Part shown: piece after piece, positions 1 to 10,914 of the stretch
Position numbering within the stretch: position 1 is the stretch's first letter
How the letters are laid out: each line of letters starts with the position of its first letter
Assembly: GCA_052426225.1 (NCBI GenBank)
Contig: JBNJNM010000006.1
Coordinates: forward strand, 2,356,001 to 2,420,000
Length of the DNA: 64,000 nt
From: Zancudomyces culisetae HAW-14-8
Lineage: Eukaryota; Fungi; Kickxellomycota
Direction: 5' to 3'
Notes under the pieces: model-generated
Told to the model about the DNA's origin: nothing
The model's database searches: none
Seen by the model: only the letters and a program-made list of their open reading frames with translations
Translations under genes and position numbers: made by a program

Positions 1-257
1 ATCTTTATTAGTATAATAACGTTACTGAATTAGGAAAAGTCGAACGAGGAACTCCATAGAGTCCTGTTCGTCGCTATATATAAGAGTTTGATAATTATTA
101 AATAAAATAGATAATAAACTAAGTAATTAATGTTAAAACGTTTATGCAATTGATGTACAAGCACTTTGGTTAACAAAGAGTTATAACCTGCTCGGTACAC
201 AATTGCACCAACGTTTTACCCCATTGGCGGTGTAGACTGTCGTTTTTTCATACGACA
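1..257 (-). repeat. E1 3' LTR (partial)
   Basis: Direct repeat of 5092-5348, ending TACGACA at 257 next to the PPT. Confidence 0.97.
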
Positions 258-258
258 A

Positions 259-268
259 CCCCCCCTTT
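259..268 (-). other. E1 polypurine tract
   Basis: Minus strand AAAGGGGGGG, 1 nt from the 3' LTR. Confidence 0.9.
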
Positions 269-3200
269 AAGGCTCGATCGTCCCGGTTGAGCGTCGTAAT
301 TCCCTCCGATCTTGAAGAGTAGATCTTAAGCTTGTATCACTAACTACGGGTATCTCATTTGGTTTGTTATAATATTTCAGCCTGTCACCATTTACGATAT
401 CGTAGTTGCTACTTGAGTCAGATATCAGGTATGTGCCATTTCCCGTGTTTCTCACTATATAATAAGGACCATTCCATTTTTCTTCGAATTTGGATGATGG
501 TGTTTCATTTACTTTTCAGACTAATTCACCATTGTTGAATGTTACCGGTGTCACTTTCGCATTATACCTACGTTTCTCATATTCCTTGTTTAAAGTAATT
601 TTATCTACTGCTAACTTCCTTATTAATGGTATATCGTTTTCAGTATATAGTATTCTCTCTTTTATAGATTCCTCAATATCCACGTTCGTATCTAAATTAT
701 TAAAAGATAATGGTGTAGTTATGTTAGTTCCGTATAATAATTCGGCTGGGGTCTTTTTTGTTATCCTATTTTTTGTAGTTCTCATAGTTAGTAACAATTT
801 CCACACATATTTGTCCCACTCTTTTTTATTCTGTTGGCAGATGGCAGTTAATATGTTCTTTAATATTTGATTCGTTCTTTCGACCTGTCCATTAGATCTT
901 GGTCTGTATGAAGTTGTTGGTGAATGGTTAATTCCCATAAATTTGTAGAAGTTCAAAATGGCATCACTCAAAAAATTAGCGCCTCTATCCGTTATTAACT
1001 TACTCGGCACGCCAAAATCTTTTACAACATCGTAAACTAAAAAGTTTATTACAGTATCTGAAGTTATGTCTTTCACGGCTTTGCATATTGGCCATTTCGT
1101 CAGATAATCGATTGCCGTCAATAAATATCGATTTCCTTGGTTAGAAGTTGGATTGATTGGACCAACTGCATCTAGACCAATAATTTCAAATGGTTTTTTC
1201 GCAATAATTGGGTTAAATTCATTGTTTAATTTTGGAGATCCTTTATTTCTTTGACAAATATCACAGAAATTTACAACATGTTTGGTTAGCGCAAATAGAT
1301 TTTCCCCTGTATATTTAGTTTTAACTAAACTCCATGTATTGTTTATTCCTAAGTGATTTTCATTGTGCAATTCAATTAACTTTTCTTTAGCCTCCAGCTC
1401 ATTCAAAACTTCTCGTTTTCCAAATTTTTTCGAATAAGCAAATAATTTGTCTCCTTCTAAATTATGTTTTAATGACCATTTTCTAATTTTTTCTCTCCAT
1501 TCACTATTTGCATTACTTGGGTAACTTCCATTAAATAAATAATTTTTTATAGAATTGAATTTCAAAATATCCATTGTAAATAACGATTTAGATATTTCCC
1601 CTTCATCTAAGTGAAGTGTGTTCGCTGCACCAGTAATAATATCTTTTGTCTGTTGAGAGTCATTATTGAAGTAGTTAGCCGAAATCGGTATTACTCTAGA
1701 TAACAGGTCGGCCGGATTAAGTCTACCTGCCCGGTGTTCGAGTGTGTAATCGTATTCTCGAAGAAGAATTGCCCATCTTGCCAATCGCCCTGTTGCCTCT
1801 TTCGAATCGAATAACCTGATCAGTGCCGAGTGATCGGTTACTAGTGTAAACTTCCTACCCCAAACATAGTTTCGGAACTGATTTACTGCAAATATAACTG
1901 CTAATCCCTCGAGGTGAGTTATTGAATAGTTTTTTTCTGATTTTTTTAATCCTCTACTTACAAATGAAATAGGTTTTTCTTTATCTTGTTGAACTTGACT
2001 CAATATCGCACCTACACCATTGTGTGATGCATCTGTAGTTATGATGAATGGCAGATCCCAATTTGGATGTGCTAATACTGGAGCTGTAGTCAACTTTTTC
2101 TTCATTGTTTCAAATGCCTTCTGGCATTCATGTTTCCAACCCCAAGGTATATCTTTTCTTAATAAATCATATAATGGTTTTATAATGCTTGAATAATTAT
2201 TTATAAATTTTCTGTAATAATTTGACATACCCAAAAAGCTTTGTAGTGCTTTAATGTTTGTTGGACTTGGTAATTCACTGATTGCTTTTATCTTTTTAGG
2301 ATTCGTTTCCAACCCTTCTTTTGAAACTATGTACCCTAAATATTCCAACCGTTCTTGTGCGAAACTGCACTTATTAATGTTTAACTTTAAGTTATGATCT
2401 TTTAAAAGTTGAAATACCGTTTCTAGGTCTTTGATGTGACTTTCGATATCTCGTGAAAATATAATGATATCATCCACGAATACAACCGCGGTTTTCCATA
2501 ATATAGGCCTTAAAACCCTCTCCATTAATCTCTGGAAGGTTGGTGGACTGTTACAAAGCCCGAAGGGCATCACATTGTAACAATACAACCCTTCTCCCGG
2601 AATTGTAAATGCTGTTTTGTGTTTGTCTGTTACTTTTAACTTTACTTGCCAAAAACCTGATAAGGCGTCTAAGGTAGTAAAAATTGCAGACCCAGCCAAA
2701 GCTTCAAATATATCAGATATGATAGGTAAAGGATAATTATCTTTTTTTGTAACCTGATTTAATTTTCTATAATCTGAACAGATTCTAAGACTACCATTTT
2801 TTTTCCAAACGGTAACCACAGGTGCGCACCAATCCGATACACATGGTTCAATAATACCCTTTTCCTTCATAACATTAATTTCTTCTCTAACTAACTCTTT
2901 CATAGCTTGGGGAATTCGGTACGGCCTCAACTTTATTGGTTTTGCATCGCCTGTGTCAATGCTATGCTCAACAGTTTCGGTTGCAGTGAGTTGTTTATAA
3001 TCTTGAGCAAATATCTCTTTAAATATTTCTAACAGATCATTTATCTTTGGGTGTATACTGTTATTTAAATCGTTCACTTTAATTTCCTCCTTACCAATTC
3101 CAAAAATTTCCACGCCGTTAGTTTCATAGGTTTCATTTTCATTATTTTCCGACTTGTTTTGCAGTGGTAACATGACTCGATCGTTATTTTTAATTAATGT

Positions 3201-4910
3201 TAAGATATTAGTACTTAAATTCAATTGTGCATTAAATTTAGTTAACCAGTCCATCCCCAGTATGAGTACCTTGTTGGGTAAGTGCATTACAAGTGCTTCA
3301 GTTTCAAATATGATGTTTCCTAAGCTAATAGGTAAATTTTTAATTTTTCCTGCCGTTTTGTGTTTACTACCATCCGCTGTTATAATGTATTCCATAGGGT
3401 TAGAGTCTGTTTGGATGTTTAATTGTTTTGCGGTTTCTGTTGATAAAACACTACAAGCAGCACCCGTATCGATTATTGCGGGTATTGTTTTCCCAAATAT
3501 ATTGACGCTAGTCTTGCAATTTGTTGATTTGCGATTAATTAAGGTGTTTAAGGTTTTTCCTTGTAAATATTTATTATTAAGCATATTTAATTGTGATTGA
3601 ACTATTGGAGCAATATCAATCAACTGTGGAATACTAATTGACGCTTTAACTCTTGACAGATCTTCCAGTAATGAGTAAGGCTTTAAGTAATTATTTTCTG
3701 CTTTACTGGCTACGGCTACTTGTTCCGTATTCTTATTTGCTTGTAATCTTTGAGTTTCCTGTCTAGTATGTATAGAAGAATTACTTTTTTCTCGAGTTGG
3801 TTCTTCGTTCTGATTAATTCTTTTTCGGGTTGACTCAACCTCGTCATTTCCCAGGTTAGTAACGCTCTTGAATTTTCTTTTATCAGCTATATAAACCTCG
3901 TTCTCATTATCTGTACCTGAGTATTCAGTAAAACTGCTAAAAACTTCACTATAGACATCCTTGTCTGTATTGGTTGTGTCGTAGGATTCTACTTCCAAAC
4001 AGTTGACTGCCTTTTCTACAGTAGATGATCGTTGCAATTCATTTGAATTTCCTTCCTGAGTCGACTCTGCTTTAGGATGTCCAGTATGTTCCCATTTATT
4101 GCCTTGTTGTTTATTCTCATATGGTTTATTTCTAGAATTGTATTGTGTTCTAGTACCTTTATTTTCTCGCCTATCCATTTGATTATATGATTGTGTACCT
4201 CTAGGTCTGGGTTCACTGATTTCTTTCAGTATTACTGTGCTTATCTGATCAAACTTTTCAATAAGCGTTTCAATATCAGCTTTTCTCTTAGGGGTTTCGA
4301 CTGCGATTTGATTCTCATTGTTAAAGCATAGTTTATCCATAGTTTCTTCTTCAATAAGTAAGTTAACTGCTTCTTCATATAGTTTAACTTTGCTTTTTAA
4401 TATAAGTTTTCTGTGCTCAGGTGCCACAGCTTTCATCAAGTATTTTATTTTTTCTTTGTCTTCTTTGATGTTTGCACGCCTAGCTGTAATATCGATTCGT
4501 ATTGATAGTGCTTCAATATCCTCTCCCTCTCTTTGGCGTATCTCTTGCATCTCATTCCAAGCCCTGTATTCTTCTTCTTCTCCTGCAAACTTTTCTTTAA
4601 ACTTTTTCTTTGTCTCTTCCCAAGATGTAAAAGTAGGGTACATACGATCGTACCAGGTTCTAGCTTTTCCAACTACGTACTTTTCCAGTTTCTCAATTCT
4701 GTTAGCCTCACTCCATCCATTGTTTTCGGATGCCAGTTCATATCTTTTTAGCCATTTCTTTGGCTCTAGCTCCTCCATTGGGTTAAACTTTTCAGGTTCC
4801 ATAATCGTTCTGTTCATATTACAGAGCTGCTGTAATATCATGTTTTCAAAGTTGGTTTTATCTTCAATTTTAGTCATTTTAGACTTGTTTTTTACCTCTG
4901 GTAATGTCAT
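267..4910 (-). pseudogene. E1 single-frame Gag-Pol polyprotein with an in-frame TGA at 516-518 in the integrase C-terminal region
   Basis: Protease IIDTGA; RT MPFGL and VFVDD; RNase H TTDAS/TDH/ADLLSR; IN HHCC (ELHNENH...CDIC) and DDE (GLDAVGP, LITDRG, QVERTN). The frame continues past TGA as KVNETPSSKFEEKWNGPYYIVR...VNGDRLK to the stop at 267. Confidence 0.93.
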
Positions 4911-4964
4911 TATATAAAGTAAAGATTTTGAAATTATTAATTTAATTCTAAACTAATACTAAGT

Positions 4965-4982
4965 GTCCTGGCTGGATCACCA
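4965..4982 (-). other. E1 primer-binding site (18 nt)
   Basis: TGGTGATCCAGCCAGGAC on the minus strand, complementary to a tRNA 3' end GUCCUGGCUGGAUCACCA; 5 nt from the 5' LTR. Confidence 0.92.
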
Positions 4983-4987
4983 TATTC

Positions 4988-5348
4988 TGTCGTATAAATT
5001 TTTGTAATTAGTAATTTTAGAATATAACAGCACGACGAAACTGTATACTCTTATTAAAGTAGGTTCAGGACTTAAATGTAGTTGTTTTATAATCTTTATT
5101 AGTATAATAACGTTACTGAATTAGGAAAAGTCGAACGAGGAACTCCATAGAGTCCTGTTCGTCGCTATATATAAGAGTTTGATAATTATTAAATAAAATA
5201 GATAATAAACTAAGTAATTAATGTTAAAACGTTTATGCAATTGATGTACAAGCACTTTGGTTAACAAAGAGTTATAACCTGCTCGGTACACAATTGCACC
5301 AACGTTTTACCCCATTGGCGGTGTAGACTGTCGTTTTTTCATACGACA
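4988..5348 (-). repeat. E1 5' LTR (361 bp)
   Basis: TGTCGTA...TACGACA terminal inverted repeat. On the minus strand a TATATA box (about 5167-5174) precedes AATAAA (5095-5100). Confidence 0.97.
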
Positions 5349-5351
5349 ACA

Positions 5352-5749
5352 TGTCGTATAATTTATAAATTATTTTTTAAGTCGAAACTCCATGATGACT
5401 TTATTTAGAATTTTGTTGCCTTATTATACTTTTTTTTAGACAACCAATTTACTAAACACTAAATTTATACTTAACTAACTAATAATTAAATCATACTAAA
5501 TTAAATTATGCTGTTTCCCCGTGTAGTTGATTATTTGCTTTTATCAGGTTATCAAATTCACATGTCGTGGTTGTAACATTCTCAGATTTTCCAGATGTAA
5601 CTTTCTCAGATTTCCAGATGTAACTTTCTCAGATTCCAGATGTAACTTTCTCAGATTTCTTCAATGTTACGTGAATTTAATATTACCAATTTTGGAAATT
5701 ACAGTCATTTTTACTCTTATATAATTTACGGTAATTTAAATTCACGACA
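5352..5749 (-). repeat. E2 3' LTR (398 bp)
   Basis: TGTCGT...ACGACA termini; direct repeat of 10272-10669. Confidence 0.97.
5572..5659. repeat. About 4 copies of a 22-24 bp tandem repeat (TGTAACTTTCTCAGATTTCCAGA) in the E2 3' LTR
   Basis: Read directly; units differ only in T-run length and one substitution. Confidence 0.9.
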
Positions 5750-5751
5750 GA

Positions 5752-5760
5752 CCCCCTCTT
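5752..5760 (-). other. E2 polypurine tract
   Basis: Minus strand AAGAGGGGG, 2 nt from the 3' LTR. Confidence 0.88.
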
Positions 5761-5764
5761 AATT

Positions 5765-8700
5765 TCAGACGTCCCGATCTGACAAGTTAATTGACTTATA
5801 GAACTGTAAGGACGTGCGGAGGTTACTAGGAGCAACATCAGGAATCATATATCCTCTGTCATTATATGGCTTTAATCTGTCACCATTGACATGATCCTTG
5901 TTACCTTCATTATCCATGATAATGTAAGTACCATGATCCAGTACCCTAACTATGCGATAAGGGCCAACCCAGCGAACTGAAAATTTGTGCTGGGGCATCG
6001 CCACGGCTCTAAGTACTTGGTCATTTAATTTGTACTTTGTTGGACTAACTTTTTTATCATAATGTGTCTTTTCGTAGCGCTTATTTGCTACCAACTTAGT
6101 GTACGCTTGGTCTCTTATTACTGGAAGCTCTTCTTTGATAAACTTGAGCCTTTCCAATATAGCTTCTGATTCATTTTCACTGGTTACCACAGGATTCCAA
6201 TATATGGGTGTTATTATTTTTACACCATACAGACTTTCAGATGGACTTATACCTATACTCCGGTGTTTCGATGAACGAATAATTAGGAGGACTTTCCACA
6301 AATACTTATCCCAGTTGGTCTTGTCTTTATAGCACAACTTTGACAAAACATTTTTGAGTGTTTGATTAAACCTTTCTACTTGGCCATTGGCCTGTGGCCT
6401 ATAAGCCGTAGTCGGGTGGTGATCAATACCCAAGAACTTATAAAATTGAACAGCCGTTTCGCTTATGAAATTTGAACCGCGATCGGATATCAATCTCTTT
6501 GGAACACCGTATAATGCGACTACATCATAAATTAAGAAATTAATAACTGTTTCTGTGGTGATGTTAGCCACGGCTCTTGAAATTGGCCACTTAGTGTTGT
6601 AGTCCATGGCGGTCAATAAATACTTGTTGCCGCTGGATGATACTGGGTTTATAGGGCCCATTGCATCAATACCTAGTATTTCGAATGGAGCTGATGAACA
6701 TATTGGACTTAAAGGGTTAACTCTTTTTACATGCCCTTTGTACTTTTGGCATAACTCGCAAAATTTTACGACTTTTTTACTATATCAAACATTCTTGGGC
6801 CAGTGTATAACAACTTCACTTTTTCCCAAGTGTTACCAACTCCACTGTGGCCATCTTCATGAACTCTTCTAACAACTTCTTCTGCGTTTTCTTCATTAAG
6901 AACTTCCCGTTCTCCAAATTTTTTACTTACTGTTACTAGTTTTCCTTCACGCAGTTTGTACGGATTAGTTTGTTTTCTAAACTTTTCTCTTTCTTCTTCA
7001 GTCATACCAGACGGATATGACCTATTGGTTAGGTATGATACTAGAGAGTTGTATCTTAGAATGTCCATAGCAAACAATGCGTTTGAATTCATAGTTTCTG
7101 GAACGTGTGGATCTGGGCTTGATCTAGATAAATAATCAGCGGGATTATTAGTCCCTTTGCGATGTTCAATCTCGTAATCATACTCTTTTAATATCAATTC
7201 CCATCTAGCTAGACGACCGGTAGGCTCTTTGGACTTAAAGATATTAATGAGTGCAGAATGGTCAGTGATAATTTTAAAATGTCTCCCAAGTAAGTAATGT
7301 CTGAAGTGAGTAACTCCCCAAACTACACCTAGTCCTTCTAGGTGAGTTATAGCATAATTTTCTTCAGCCTTTGATAATGTACGGCTTGCATATGCTATAG
7401 GACAATCTTTTCCGTTGTAGTTTTGGCTCAAAATTGCGCCTAAACCTAATTTGGACGCATCAGTAGTGATCGTAAAGGTCATACCCCAATCTGGGTGTTT
7501 CAAAACTGGTGGATTGATAAGGATCTCTTTAAGAGTGTCTACAGCTATCGAACAGCTGCTGTCCCAGTTCCACTGACAATCTTTTCTTAGTAACTTTGTC
7601 AATGGTTTACTTATCTTTGCATAATCTTTAATAAACTTCCGGTAATACCCGGTCATGCCCAAGAAACTTTGAACATCTTTTACGTTTTTAGGGTACGGAA
7701 CTTTTGCCATAGCTAAGGTCTTGTTGTGGTCAGTTTCAATTCCTTTCTTTGAAACTACGTGCCCTAAGTAGGAGATGCGTTGCTGAGCGAATACGCATTT
7801 CTCCTCGTTTAATTTTATTTTTGCGCTCAGTATTAGTTCAAATACTAGTTTTAAATCAATTAAATGTTGATCAAAAGAAGATGAATAAACAACTATGTCA
7901 TCAATAAAGACGACTACTGATTTCCAAAGAAGTGGCTGCAATACGGTCTCCATTAAACGCTGGAACGTGGCTGGACTATTACTCAGTCCGAACGGCATTA
8001 CTTTATAACAAAACAACCCTTCTCCAGGGAAGGAAAAAGCGGTTTTTTCTTTGTCTTGTTCCCTGATTTTCACTTGCCAGAACCCACTTAGGGCGTCTAG
8101 CGTTGTGTAATACTGAGCTCCTGCAAGTGCATTGAAAATATCTGATATGTTCGGGAGTGGGTACGTGTCCCTTTTAGTAACGGCATTTAGCTTACGGTAA
8201 TCAGAGCACACCCTGAGCTTACCGTTTTTCTTCCAGATGGTTACCACAGGAGCGCACCAGTCTGATTGGCACTTTTCAATAACACCATTTTCCAACATTT
8301 TTGAGAGTTCTTCTCTGACTTTCTCTTTCATAGCTTGTGGGACCCTGTAAGGTCGTAGTCTGATGGGCTTGCTATCTCCTGTGTCTATTTCATGCTGAAC
8401 TAGATCTGTACTGGTGAGTTCCTCCAATGACGATGCGAATATCATTTTGTAGTCTGAAATTAACTGGATGATCTCTGTATTGGTTTGTGCTGTGCCTTCA
8501 ATTAACGAAACCTTCTTTGCCCATCCTACCAGTTCATCGCTGCATTTGACCTGAGTAGATATATCCCATGAAATATTGCTGTTTTTGTAAGGTATGGACG
8601 CCTTGTCATTGTTTAAATCGATGATGACGTTGTGTTTCTTTATCCAATCTACGCCTAGCACAAAGGTATCATTGTTATTTCCTGCCATGATCAATACATC

Positions 8701-10179
8701 TGCTGGGAAACTTATGTTTTTGATGAGTACTGGGACTTTCCAAACCTTTCCTAGAGTCACTTGTGGGGTTCCATCGGCCATGAGGAGTATTTCTTGCGCC
8801 GAGTGATCTATACTCAACTGAAATTTATCTGCTAGTGCTTGTGTCATCACACTACAGGCTGCGCCTGTGTCGATTACCACTGTACATTCGCAATTGAACA
8901 GAGATATGGTGGCTTTGCAGTTGGTGCTAGGAGGCTGAGTTATGGTGCTTAGGGCTTTGACATTTTCTAGGTTATCCGTTCCGCATACTTCCTTAAGTTC
9001 TGACCTGACCATCGGCGAGACTTTTATCAGCTGCTCCAAGGTTATACTAGCTTTGATAGATCCTAAGTCTTGTTTAACTGAATAGGTTGGCTTGTCCCTT
9101 GCCTTGGCAATCATTCTTTCCATTGGTTTCCTTTGTCCTTCAGGTGTTTCCTGGTCTGTTTTAAACTGCGGTGCGAGAGAATTAGCTATTTCATATTCCT
9201 CGTTTACTGCTTCATGTTTTTCCAACTTATTTTTCTTTTTTATATTTTTATCATTTTCTGTAATTAGTTTACGCTTCTCGATAATACTGAGCTCTTTCCA
9301 GCGGAGCTCAATATCATCTACTAAGTCATTTTGATGGTCTTGAAATAACTCTACTACACTTAGCTCTTTTCCTTTATTGTTGAAGCTGGGTTGGATGGTA
9401 GGCCTAGCTTTTAGTGGACATTGCGGACTTATATGCCCGACCTCATTGCAGGTGTAGCAGGTAGGTGTAGTGTACTTGAAGGTCATGTTAGCTTCATTAC
9501 TACTATGGTTGGTGGGCTTTGCCTGTGGAGGGTTAGTATCAGCTTTAGGTCTAGGCTTAGTGCGGTGGGATGCCAACTCTTTGCCTGGATGAGTCTGAAT
9601 TCTTGGCTCCTGTCTTCCTTCTGAAACCCTTTTATCCCTTCTTTGGTTGTAGGTGTATACGTTGTCCTGTATAAACCTTTCTAACTCCTCTGTGTCTTTT
9701 GCCTTTTGAATGGCCTCGTCATAGCTGTTGATTCGACTTTTCAGGATCTCAGTTTGGTAACTTGGTAACAGGGCGGTCATAAGGCATTGATACTGGATAG
9801 CTTTGTCCGTGACTTTGGCAGATACAAATAGGCTCTCAAGTCTACTTATAAAGTCTTCTATATCCTCCGAAGGTAACTGTCTGATTCTTTGTAGTGCACG
9901 CCATGAGTTTAATACGGATTCCTTGCTTGTGTACTTCTTCAAAAACGCCTCCTTATACGTTTTCCAGGTAGTTTCTTCACTTTGCACGGACTCATTCCAA
10001 AGTATAACTCTCGGGCCATAGTAGACGTCAATATACTCCAACTTTTGTTCATCAGTCCAACTCTCACTACGGGCGAACAGTTCAAACCTTTTAATCCAGA
10101 TGTTTGCATTCTGGTCTGAGGATCCATTGAATACTGGCGGTTCTGCGAGTCTTGGTACTCTTGCTGAATTTCCAATCAT
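5765..10179 (-). pseudogene. E2 Gag-Pol polyprotein with a single frameshift at the T6 run 6773-6778, inside the integrase zinc finger
   Basis: Gag zinc knuckle CYTCNEVGHISPQC; protease VIDTGA; RT MPFGL and VFIDD; RNase H TTDAS/TDH/ADYLSR. Adding one A joins ORF 6766-10179 to ORF 5765-6661 (IVKKVVKFCELCQK...GID..GP, ISDRG, QVERFN, WVGPY). Confidence 0.93.
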
Positions 10180-10228
10180 GATTTTTGCTTAAATTTGCTG
10201 TTTGTTACTCAATTTCCTTTCTGTTTGT

Positions 10229-10246
10229 GTCCTGGCTGGATCACCA
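10229..10246 (-). other. E2 primer-binding site (18 nt)
   Basis: Same TGGTGATCCAGCCAGGAC as E1, but 25 nt from the 5' LTR. Confidence 0.9.
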
Positions 10247-10271
10247 TTTATTATATATTTATTATAATTAC

Positions 10272-10669
10272 TGTCGTATAATTTATAAATTATTTTTTAA
10301 GTCGAAACTCCATGATGACTTTATTTAGAATTTTGTTGCCTTATTATACTTTTTTTTAGACAACCAATTTACTAAACACTAAATTTATACTTAACTAACT
10401 AATAATTAAATCATACTAAATTAAATTATGCTGTTTCCCCGTGTAGTTGATTATTTGCTTTTATCAGGTTATCAAATTCACATGTCGTGGTTGTAACATT
10501 CTCAGATTTTCCAGATGTAACTTTCTCAGATTTCCAGATGTAACTTTCTCAGATTCCAGATGTAACTTTCTCAGATTTCTTCAATGTTACGTGAATTTAA
10601 TATTACCAATTTTGGAAATTACAGTCATTTTTACTCTTATATAATTTACGGTAATTTAAATTCACGACA
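10272..10669 (-). repeat. E2 5' LTR (398 bp)
   Basis: Direct repeat of 5352-5749, including the tandem repeat at 10492-10579. Confidence 0.97.
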
Positions 10670-10672
10670 AAC

Positions 10673-10895
10673 TGTTATATAGTGGAATTATATACCTGTA
10701 TTTCCTTGTATTTTATTGGTTAATTTAATTAGTATTATTTTATGCATTAAATAGTCTAGTTTTGAATTAATTAATAAATTGTCTTTTTCTCCCACAATAA
10801 TTATAGACCTAATATATAATAATAAAAGTCCCGTCCTGTATAATACTGGGTAATTATATTACTCAGTAGGACGTTAAACATGTAATTATACAACA
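10673..10895 (+). repeat. E3 5' LTR (223 bp)
   Basis: Direct repeat of 11458-11680, followed by the PBS. Confidence 0.95.
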
Positions 10896-10896
10896 G

Positions 10897-10914
10897 TGGT
10901 GATCCAGCCAGGAC
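10897..10914 (+). other. E3 primer-binding site
   Basis: TGGTGATCCAGCCAGGAC(TC), 1 nt after the LTR; same 18-mer as E1 and E2. Confidence 0.93.

Larger units (their letters stand above)
1..5348 (-). mobile_element. Ty3/gypsy LTR retrotransposon 'E1' (3' LTR cut off by the window start)
   Basis: 1-257 is identical by eye to 5092-5348. LTR termini TGTCGTA...TACGACA. PBS, PPT and a gag-PR-RT-RH-IN ORF in gypsy order. Confidence 0.97.
5352..10669 (-). mobile_element. Ty3/gypsy LTR retrotransposon 'E2', full length (5,318 bp)
   Basis: 398-bp LTRs at 5352-5749 and 10272-10669, identical by eye; PBS, PPT and gag-pol. Confidence 0.97.

Noticed and set aside
5572-5659. Tandem repeat considered as a CRISPR-like array
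   Set aside because: No unique spacers, eukaryotic context, and it lies inside an LTR.
490-10644. Plus-strand ORFs over E1 and E2 (e.g. 490-870, 3154-3600, 4318-4917) and the duplicated 65-aa ORF in the E2 LTRs
   Set aside because: Antisense shadows of gag-pol, or a TTG-started frame through the LTR tandem repeat; no recognisable motifs.
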